From positions 62,001 to 83,529 of the forward strand of contig JABWCP010000012.1 of the NCBI GenBank assembly GCA_013360215.1: a stretch of 21,529 nt of DNA. The letters are read 5' to 3'. Made by a program: the position numbers and the translations under genes. Numbering within the stretch: the stretch's first letter is position 1; every line of letters begins with the position of its first letter. Shown here in pieces: positions 1-6,875 of the stretch. The notes beneath the pieces were generated by a model that was not told where the DNA came from, did no database searches, and worked only from the letters and a program-made list of their open reading frames with translations. Source of the DNA: a bacterium. Lineage in GTDB: Bacteria; CLD3; SB21.

Positions 1-1
1 G

Positions 2-1093
2 CCGGTCAGTATGGATGTGCCGGCTTTCCCCTATCCCTCTTATCCCAAATCGGATAAAGGTAAAGTGGATAACCCCGGTCATAAATATCCCTTTGCGCAC
101 GAAACGATCACCACCGGCATACGCGAAGCGACACTCACCGGTAAACCTTATCCGATCAAAGGTTGGTTTGTGTACGCAACCAATCTGCTGCATGCTTTGC
201 CTAATGAGGAAGAAACGATCAAGGCCATTCAGAATCTCGATCTGATGGTCGTGATTGATGTTATTCCCAGTGAAATCGCCGGCTGGGCCGATGTGATATT
301 ACCGGAGTCGGTGTATCTTGAGCGGCACGACGATCTTAATGTCGAATGGTTCCGCGATCCGTTTGTGGCACTGCGCCAACCCGTCGTATCTGCCCCGCAT
401 GAGCAGAAGCCCAACTGGTGGATGGCCAAGCGTCTTGCCGAAAAACTCGGGCTCGGTCATTATTATCCGTGGACTCATATCGAATCGTATTTTGAAACGC
501 GGCTTCGGCAGGCGGGATTGAGTTATGAAACACTGAAAAAAAACGGAATCCTCCTCGGCGAAAAAAAACCGGTTTATTTCGATGAAGGCGTACCGGCCGA
601 ATTTCCCACGCCATCAGGAAAAATAGAATTTTATTCATCCCAACTCGCAGAAGCCGGTTTTGAACCGGTACCCAAATATGTAGCCCCGCCTCAACCGCCA
701 CCGGGTTCATTTCGGCTTTTGTTTGGTCGTGCGCCGGTGCACTCGTTTAGCCGTACGCATACCAACCCCGTACTGATGGATATGATGAATGAAAACGAAC
801 TGTGGGTCAATGCGGACATGGCGTTACGGTACGGTTTAAAATCCGGCGATTATGTTCGTCTCAAAAATCAGGACGGTGTGGTCAGTACTAAAATCAAAAT
901 CAAAGCGACGGAACGCATTCGCACCGACTGCGTGTATATGGTGCACGGATTTGGGCATAACGCCAAAGCGCTCAAGCGCGCTTTCGGACGTGGTGCCAGC
1001 GATGCACAGCTTATCACACGCTACGATACCGATCCCTTGATGGGCGGCACCGGTATGAATAATAATTTTGTCACTCTGGAAATGGAGGCTTAG
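2..1093 (+). CDS. Molybdopterin oxidoreductase catalytic subunit, polysulfide/thiosulfate reductase (PsrA/PhsA) type; C-terminal part only, 5' end lies outside the window
   Basis: Frame is open from the window edge (CCG GTC AGT ATG). DMSO-reductase-family motifs: PYPIKGWFVYATN, DVIPSEIAGWADVILPESVYLER, F-PTPSGKIEFYS. C-terminal molybdopterin-binding domain HSFSRT...NELWVN...G-VYMVHGFG. Followed by PsrB- and PsrC-like genes. Substrate (polysulfide, thiosulfate or other) cannot be determined from this fragment. Confidence 0.85.
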   Translation, partial: PVSMDVPAFPYPSYPKSDKGKVDNPGHKYPFAHETITTGIREATLTGKPYPIKGWFVYATNLLHALPNEEETIKAIQNLDLMVVIDVIPSEIAGWADVILPESVYLERHDDLNVEWFRDPFVALRQPVVSAPHEQKPNWWMAKRLAEKLGLGHYYPWTHIESYFETRLRQAGLSYETLKKNGILLGEKKPVYFDEGVPAEFPTPSGKIEFYSSQLAEAGFEPVPKYVAPPQPPPGSFRLLFGRAPVHSFSRTHTNPVLMDMMNENELWVNADMALRYGLKSGDYVRLKNQDGVVSTKIKIKATERIRTDCVYMVHGFGHNAKALKRAFGRGASDAQLITRYDTDPLMGGTGMNNNFVTLEMEA

Positions 1094-1095
1094 CC

Positions 1096-1635
1096 ATGGC
1101 GCGTCTCGCAATGGTCATAGATACCCGAAAATGCGTCGGATGTATGGATTGTGTCGTGGCCTGCAAAACTGAAAATCAGGTTCCCGAAGGATACAATCGC
1201 GACTGGATCACGACCGAAGCCAAAGGAAAGTTTCCCGACGTGCGTCTCGAAATTCGATCCGAACGTTGTAATCACTGTTCCAATCCACCGTGTGTGACAT
1301 GCTGCCCTACCGGTGCGAGTCATGTGCATGACTATGGCGGCGTCGTGCTGGTCGATCATGATGTATGTATCGGCTGCAAAGCATGCGTCGCATCGTGTCC
1401 GTATGATGCGCGTTTTGTTCATCCCGAAGGTTATGTGGACAAATGTACATTCTGCATTCATCGCGTGGAAAAAGGACTTGAGCCGGCTTGCGTGTCCGTT
1501 TGCCCTACGCATTGTATGTACTTTGGCGATCTGGATGACCCTAATAGTAAAGTTTCTCAACTTCTGCAGAAACGCGGTTACCATACGAATTTACCGGAAG
1601 CCGGTACGCAACCGAATATTTTTTATCTCACGTGA
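1096..1635 (+). CDS. 4Fe-4S electron-transfer subunit (PsrB/NrfC/DmsB family)
   Basis: Four Cys groups: CVGCMDCVVAC, CNHCSNPPCVTCCP, CIGCKACVASCP, CTFC...PACVSVCP. GGAGG RBS upstream; starts 2 nt after the previous stop. Confidence 0.95.
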   Translation: MARLAMVIDTRKCVGCMDCVVACKTENQVPEGYNRDWITTEAKGKFPDVRLEIRSERCNHCSNPPCVTCCPTGASHVHDYGGVVLVDHDVCIGCKACVASCPYDARFVHPEGYVDKCTFCIHRVEKGLEPACVSVCPTHCMYFGDLDDPNSKVSQLLQKRGYHTNLPEAGTQPNIFYLT

Positions 1636-1642
1636 GGACGCT

Positions 1643-2584
1643 ATGAACGAATTGACACATACGCGCATGAATCCGATGATTGATCCCGCGCTGCACATTT
1701 GGGGCTGGGAAATCCCCGTGTATCTTTTTCTTGGCGGATTGGTGGCAGGGTTTATGATTTTGTCCGGTTATTTTACGCTTAAAGGCCATCATAAACATGA
1801 TCACTTCTCTTCTTTTTATTTACCGCATGTGAGTTTGGCCTTACTGAGCCTCGGTATGTTTTCCTTATTTCTCGATCTTGAGCACAAGCCTTATGTATGG
1901 CGTCTTTATACGACATTTGAAATCACTTCGCCGATGTCCTGGGGATCTTGGATTTTACTGTTAGTCTATCCTTCGTTACTTCTCAATACGTTGGTGCGCA
2001 TTCCGGAGGCTTTTAGTAACCGCATTCATCTGTTTGATAAATTTTCGGAACGCATCCATGCGCATCCTTATCTCATCAAAAACATCGGTGTTCTCAATAT
2101 GATCGTGGGTGCGATATTGGGGATATACACGGGTGTTCTCTTAAGCGGGCTGGCGGCACGGCCGTTGTGGAATAGCTCTATGCTATGGATACTTTTTCTC
2201 ACGTCCGGAATATCCGCCGCGGCAGCTTTCGTTCACCTCGTCACGACAGATTCTGTCGAACGAGAGATTTCAGCGAAAGCGGATAATGCATTTTTGATTT
2301 TTGAATTGTTTGTAATCACGCTGTTCATCGTAGGTATGTTGAGTTCCGCACAAGCGCAACAAACCGCAGCAAGGCTGATATTAAACGGTCCTTACGCTGC
2401 GGTATTCTGGGTATTTGTGGTCGGTTGCGGCATCATCATTCCTTTGATCATCCAACTGCTGGCGGTCAATCATAAAATACAACATACGCCGATAGCGCCG
2501 ATCATGGTGATGCTGGGCGGGCTCATTTTACGATTTGTTATCGTATATGCCGGGCAGGCTTCACACTGGACTATTGTACACTAA
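1643..2584 (+). CDS. NrfD/PsrC-family quinol-interacting membrane anchor subunit (313 aa)
   Basis: ATG at 1643 after GAGGAC, just past the PsrB stop; preferred over the ORF-track start at 1313. Motifs WGWEIPVYLFLGG, DLEH..., SPMSWGSWIL, YTGVLL, RPLWNS and G-LILRFVIVYAGQ; about 8 hydrophobic segments. Confidence 0.92.
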   Translation: MNELTHTRMNPMIDPALHIWGWEIPVYLFLGGLVAGFMILSGYFTLKGHHKHDHFSSFYLPHVSLALLSLGMFSLFLDLEHKPYVWRLYTTFEITSPMSWGSWILLLVYPSLLLNTLVRIPEAFSNRIHLFDKFSERIHAHPYLIKNIGVLNMIVGAILGIYTGVLLSGLAARPLWNSSMLWILFLTSGISAAAAFVHLVTTDSVEREISAKADNAFLIFELFVITLFIVGMLSSAQAQQTAARLILNGPYAAVFWVFVVGCGIIIPLIIQLLAVNHKIQHTPIAPIMVMLGGLILRFVIVYAGQASHWTIVH

Positions 2585-2601
2585 TATTCGGAGAGTAATC
2601 T

Positions 2602-3159
2602 ATGGCATCTTCAGAAGAACATTTTAATGAACATCGCGCCATGAAGCTACCGCAGCCGTACTGGAATCCATATCTGTCCGGCATCGGCCTCGGGTTGGTT
2701 TTGCTAGCGTCGTATCTGATCATGGGGCGTGGACTTGGCGCATCGGGTGCGTTTACTACGACGACGGCCGTTACTGTGAATGCCGTAGCGCCGGAGTATG
2801 CACACCAAAATACGTTTTACAGCGAATACCTCGGTGACGGCACACGCAGTCCGCTCAAAGATTGGTTAGTTTTTGAAGTGCTCGGCGTTTTTGTCGGCGG
2901 ATTGGTTTCCGGTCTTCTGGCCGGACGTATCAAAAAATCCGTCGAAAAAGGCCCGCGCATTTCCGTCCGATCACGCCTCTTGTTTGCTTTTGCAGGCGGC
3001 ATGCTGATGGGCATTGGTGCAAAACTTGCTCGGGGTTGCACGAGCGGGCAAGCCTTGACCGGCGGCGCCGTGCTTAATCTCGGAAGCTGGGCATTTATGC
3101 TGATGGTATTCGCCGGCGCTTACGGACTGGCTTATTTTTTGAGGAGGCAATGGACATGA
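2602..3159 (+). CDS. YeeE/YedE-family sulfur-compound transporter, half-size subunit 1
   Basis: YWNPY-SG-GLG, GLGASG, DW-VF-V-G and GG-LMG-GA-LARGCTSGQAL-G motifs. GGAG RBS. An alternative start exists at 2641. Confidence 0.88.
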   Translation: MASSEEHFNEHRAMKLPQPYWNPYLSGIGLGLVLLASYLIMGRGLGASGAFTTTTAVTVNAVAPEYAHQNTFYSEYLGDGTRSPLKDWLVFEVLGVFVGGLVSGLLAGRIKKSVEKGPRISVRSRLLFAFAGGMLMGIGAKLARGCTSGQALTGGAVLNLGSWAFMLMVFAGAYGLAYFLRRQWT

Positions 3160-3755
3160 ACGCACCTTTTTTCAAATATGGATTATTCGGTGACGAAGCG
3201 AGCCTGATCGTGGCTTTTATCATCGGTATCGGGTTTGGTTTTTTTCTTGAACGCGCCGGATTTGGCAGCGGTGTAAAACTCGCTGCACAGTTTTATTTTT
3301 ATGATATGAGCGTACTCAAAGTCATGTTTAGTGCGATCGTGACGGCCATGCTGGGCGTATATTGGTTCTCATGGTTTGGCTTGCTTGATCTCGATCTGAT
3401 TTATATCAATCCCACATTTCTTCTTCCGCAAATCGTCGGAGGCCTTCTGCTTGGGTTCGGATTTGTGATCGGCGGATATTGTCCGGGCACTTCGGTCGTG
3501 GCGTGTTCGACAGGACGAATGGACGCGATGGTTTATGTGGCCGGTATTTTCGGAGGAATTTTTACGTTCGGATTTATTTTTCCTTACGTCGAATCGTTTT
3601 ATACAGCGACGCCGATGGGTGCGATCACTCTGCCGCAATGGCTCAATCTGCCGTACGGCACCGTCGTATTTCTTGTCGTTGTCATGGCGATCGGCGCATT
3701 TGCCGCCGCCGAGTGGGGCGAGAGAAAAATGGCCTCCCAAGGAGGTGCATCGTGA
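3156..3755 (+). CDS. YeeE/YedE-family sulfur-compound transporter, half-size subunit 2
   Basis: ATGA overlap with the upstream stop and GAGGAGG 8 nt upstream favour start 3156 over 3150. Motifs GIGFGFFLER-GF, D--VLKVMF-AI and GGLL-GFGF--GGYCPGT. Confidence 0.88.
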   Translation: MNAPFFKYGLFGDEASLIVAFIIGIGFGFFLERAGFGSGVKLAAQFYFYDMSVLKVMFSAIVTAMLGVYWFSWFGLLDLDLIYINPTFLLPQIVGGLLLGFGFVIGGYCPGTSVVACSTGRMDAMVYVAGIFGGIFTFGFIFPYVESFYTATPMGAITLPQWLNLPYGTVVFLVVVMAIGAFAAAEWGERKMASQGGAS

Positions 3756-4405
3756 AAAACCGATGGCGTGATCTCACGTTAACGCAGAAGCTCGGCGTCG
3801 TCGCGATGCTGCTCGGTTTATTGGCATTGATCGGCGGTACGCCGCAACGCGGTTCTTTTTATACGATAGACAGCAAAGCCATGCTGATGGACGTCGCTAA
3901 AGAGACCGATCACATCGCCGTGGAAACATTGGCCGACTGGATCATTCAAGGCCGCTCGGATTACAGACTGCTGGATATCCGCGACGCCAAAGCGTTCGAG
4001 ACGTACCACATTCCTTCAGCCGAATCCGTGCCGCTCGCCGAACTCCATCAGGCCGAATTGCGCCGTAACGAAAAAATTATTTTCTACTCCGATGGCGGTA
4101 TTCATGCTTCGCAGGCGTGGTTTGTACTCAAAGCCCGCGGCTACAATGGAGTATATATGCTGCGGGGTGGACTGGAAGAATGGCAGGATCGTATTTTGTA
4201 TCCGCACAAGCCATCAAAAAACGATACGGAATCCCTGAGGCAGTTTGAAAAGTCCGCGGCGGTTGCCAAATTTTTTGGCGGCGAAGCACAAGGCGAACAA
4301 TCTACCGCGGCCGTCAAATCAGTGGCGACACCGATGCCCAAAGCCCCTGCGGGCGCTAAAGCCGTCGCACCTAAAACCGGAAAAAAGAAAAAAGAAGGAT
4401 GTTGA
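3752..4405 (+). CDS. Membrane-anchored rhodanese-like protein (217 aa) with Ser at the active-site position and a C-terminal KKKKEGC tail
   Basis: GTGA overlap with the upstream stop and a GGAGG RBS. N-terminal hydrophobic helix. Rhodanese signatures LLDIR...F---HIPSA, KIIFYSDGGIHAS and GY--V--L-GGLEEW. Ala/Pro/Lys-rich tail. Confidence 0.85.
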   Translation: MKNRWRDLTLTQKLGVVAMLLGLLALIGGTPQRGSFYTIDSKAMLMDVAKETDHIAVETLADWIIQGRSDYRLLDIRDAKAFETYHIPSAESVPLAELHQAELRRNEKIIFYSDGGIHASQAWFVLKARGYNGVYMLRGGLEEWQDRILYPHKPSKNDTESLRQFEKSAAVAKFFGGEAQGEQSTAAVKSVATPMPKAPAGAKAVAPKTGKKKKEGC

Positions 4406-4516
4406 TCAAATTTATATGACTTTTCGCATGGCTAAATCCCCTATGGCATAGGATATTTAGAAAAACATGCGGGCTGACGATATGCCCATAGATTGATACA
4501 TATGATTTTGTAATGC

Positions 4517-4548
4517 AAAGACGTTCCTCAAAGAACGTCTTTTCTTTT
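4517..4548 (+). terminator. Probable intrinsic terminator of the psr-yeeE-rhodanese operon
   Basis: AAAGACGTTC-ctcaaa-GAACGTCTTT, a perfect 10-bp inverted repeat running into TTTTCTTTT, about 110 nt after the last gene. Confidence 0.6.
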
Positions 4549-4671
4549 GGATACCGTGAAAACCGTTTGCAACTTCTGTTTTTGTTTGTGAAATTTAACG
4601 CGCATGTATCTTCATATTTTTTACCTACGCTGAACGGCCGCCAGGTCGTCTTCAGGTTTCGGAGAATCATC

Positions 4672-6699
4672 ATGAGAAGCCTTTCCAACTTTATTTTGAT
4701 TATGGCCTTGAGTTTACCCCTTTACGCTCAAGACACGTTGATCTTAAAGAATATTTCTTACCAACCCGGTCAGAAATTATTTGTCGGACTTGAAAACGAA
4801 GATCTTGGAGCGCCGTTGCGTGTCCAATTGCTCAACGCCGACGGGAAACCTGTAAGTAACCGCATCGTCCTATTTGAGATCATCGAACGACCTTCAAAAT
4901 CTAAAGGCGAAAAACTCGGGCAAGCTGAAGCGGTAACCAACGCCGAAGGTATTGCCGAAACAAGTTTTCGTCTCGGCGATCATGCGGGTGATTATATCAT
5001 CATTGCCCGGACGGACGGCATGACCGGCGATACACCGCATATCATCGTTCGCGCCCAACGCACAATGTGGTGGATGTTTTTGATTTTCGGATTGATCGGC
5101 GGCTTGGGCATATTTTTATACGGGATGAATTTGGGTTCCGGCGGTCTACAAAAAGTAGCCGGCGATCGTTTACGTACTATTCTCGGCGCATTGACCAGTA
5201 ACCGTTTTTTGGGATTGCTTGTCGGTATTGCCGTGACCGCCATAGTGCAAAGCAGTTCGGCCACATCGGTGATGGTCGTCGGATTGGTTAGCTCCGCTTT
5301 GATGACGTTACAACAAGCCATCGGCGTACTCATGGGCGCCCATATCGGCACTACGATCACCGTACAATTGATAGCCTTCAATGTTTCCGATTATTCTTTG
5401 TTGCTGGTTGGCGCCGGATTTCTTATGACGATTGCAACGAAACGAAAATTTTACATCTATATGGGTGAAATCATCCTCGGATTCGGTTTTATATTTTTCG
5501 GAATGGCCGTGATGTCGCAGGCCATTAATCCGTTAAAATCCATGCCGGCTTTCATCGCGTGGCTGATCGAATTTGGAAACTCTCCGATTCTCGGTATTCT
5601 CGCCTCCACTGTGTTTACGGCCATTATTCAATCCAGCGGCGCGACGATCGGTTTGTGCGTCGTCATGGCCGGAGAAGGGCTGCTTTCTTTACAATCCGCC
5701 ATGCCGCTTGTATTTGGCGCCAATATCGGTACATGCGCAACGGCTTTGCTTTCTACCATCGGTGCGACAACCGACGGCAAACGTACGGCCTTGGCCCATA
5801 CGGCTTTCTCCGTGATCGGCGTAATTTTATTCACGCCGTTCCTCACCCCGTTCGAAGCGTTCATCCAGAGTATCACCTCCTGGATGGGTACCGAAGCCGT
5901 GGCGCGTCAGATCGCCAATGGGCACATGATATTCAATATCATGACGGCGATGATCCTGATCGGATTTGTACCGCTGATGACTCAATTGATCACCAAAATT
6001 ATTCCCGAAAAAGCCGAAGGGGATGCGTTCAAACCGAAATACCTTAACAACGCCTATTTAGAAACTCCGGACATTGCTTTGCAGAATGCCCAGCGTGAAG
6101 AAGTGCGGTTGGTCACTATCGTACGTGCCATGTATGACAATACCATGAATCTTTTTTCCTCAGAAAACGAGGAAAAAGTGGCCAAAGTGCGCGAACAGTT
6201 GAAACAAGTGAATTTCCTCGAGGGTGAAATCCGGCGTTATCTGACGCGTTTATCGCAAAAGAGTATCAGTTTGACGCAGAGCCGGCGACTTATGCGGCTT
6301 CTGCTCACCATTGATGATTTGCGGCATATGGCCGAACGCCTTGGTGACAGCATCGCCAATCTGGCCGAACGTTATGCGGATAATCACGTGACGTTTTCTC
6401 CGGAAGGGCTGGAAGAGCTAAAACGTTTCTACGGTATGATACATGAACGGCTTGACGCGGTACTCACGGCACTTGAAAAAGAAGACGCCGTCATGGCCGA
6501 ACATATCATTAAAAACAAACATACGGTTTCCGAAGAGGAAGTGCGGCTGCGCCAGCTGCATATGACACGCCTTCAGGGTGGCAACGAACAACTCTTTGTC
6601 AGCAGTCAATACCACTTTGATTTGCTCACGGCATTGCAGCGAATTCATATTTTCTCCGTCAAGATGGCGCATGAAATAGTGGAACAACACAATCTTTGA
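4672..6699 (+). CDS. Na+/phosphate cotransporter (NptA/SLC34-like) with N-terminal signal peptide and Ig-like domain, and C-terminal PhoU-like region (675 aa)
   Basis: ATG at 4672 after GGAG. Repeated motifs TAIVQSSSATSV...GAHIGTT and TAIIQSSGAT...GANIGTC; GGLGIFLYGM and RQIANGHMIFN; helical PhoU-like C-terminus (DLRHMAE, FSPEGLEEL). Confidence 0.9.
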   Translation: MRSLSNFILIMALSLPLYAQDTLILKNISYQPGQKLFVGLENEDLGAPLRVQLLNADGKPVSNRIVLFEIIERPSKSKGEKLGQAEAVTNAEGIAETSFRLGDHAGDYIIIARTDGMTGDTPHIIVRAQRTMWWMFLIFGLIGGLGIFLYGMNLGSGGLQKVAGDRLRTILGALTSNRFLGLLVGIAVTAIVQSSSATSVMVVGLVSSALMTLQQAIGVLMGAHIGTTITVQLIAFNVSDYSLLLVGAGFLMTIATKRKFYIYMGEIILGFGFIFFGMAVMSQAINPLKSMPAFIAWLIEFGNSPILGILASTVFTAIIQSSGATIGLCVVMAGEGLLSLQSAMPLVFGANIGTCATALLSTIGATTDGKRTALAHTAFSVIGVILFTPFLTPFEAFIQSITSWMGTEAVARQIANGHMIFNIMTAMILIGFVPLMTQLITKIIPEKAEGDAFKPKYLNNAYLETPDIALQNAQREEVRLVTIVRAMYDNTMNLFSSENEEKVAKVREQLKQVNFLEGEIRRYLTRLSQKSISLTQSRRLMRLLLTIDDLRHMAERLGDSIANLAERYADNHVTFSPEGLEELKRFYGMIHERLDAVLTALEKEDAVMAEHIIKNKHTVSEEEVRLRQLHMTRLQGGNEQLFVSSQYHFDLLTALQRIHIFSVKMAHEIVEQHNL

Positions 6700-6712
6700 T
6701 GTATTGGACTCT

Positions 6713-6752
6713 AATAAAAAAAACCTCCGCGCTTACGGAGGTTTTTTTTATT
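6713..6752. terminator. Bidirectional intrinsic terminator between convergent genes
   Basis: Perfect 17-bp inverted repeat AATAAAAAAAACCTCCG-cgctta-CGGAGGTTTTTTTTATT, giving a T8 tract on both strands. Confidence 0.9.
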
Positions 6753-6780
6753 GAGTAACGTACTTATCGGAATAGAACTC

Positions 6781-6850
6781 TTCAGTCCGAGCGAAGTCAA
6801 AGCCTGATTGTACTAAACTTGGTCACGGTTCGACGCCGCTCACCGTGACG
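6781..6850. repeat. Possible degenerate REP-like extragenic palindrome
   Basis: GTCACGGT (6822-6829) and ACCGTGAC (6842-6849) form an inverted repeat. GAGCGAAGTCAAA (6789-6801) is 10/13 complementary to TTCGACGCCGCTC (6829-6841). Only one copy in the window. Confidence 0.4.
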
Positions 6851-6875
6851 AATGTGAATCATCCCGGTAAGCATA

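Noticed and set aside
1313-1642. N-terminal extension of the NrfD ORF given in the ORF track
   Set aside because: It overlaps the 4Fe-4S gene in another frame. The RBS and family similarity begin at ATG 1643.
3479-3751. Arg-rich N-terminal extension of the rhodanese ORF
   Set aside because: It overlaps the second yeeE gene. GGAGG plus the GTGA coupling identify 3752 as the start.
4493-4506. TTGAT-acat-ATGAT as an FNR site
   Set aside because: The second half-site has two mismatches, and it lies upstream of a terminator rather than in a clear promoter.
4513-4671. Longer start for the Na/Pi transporter
   Set aside because: It runs through the terminator hairpin and AT-rich intergenic DNA. 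The RBS and signal peptide begin at 4672.
4406-4671. Known riboswitch (fluoride, c-di-GMP, Moco) upstream of the Na/Pi gene
   Set aside because: Hairpins are present, but I could not match the conserved cores of these families by eye. An Rfam search would be needed.
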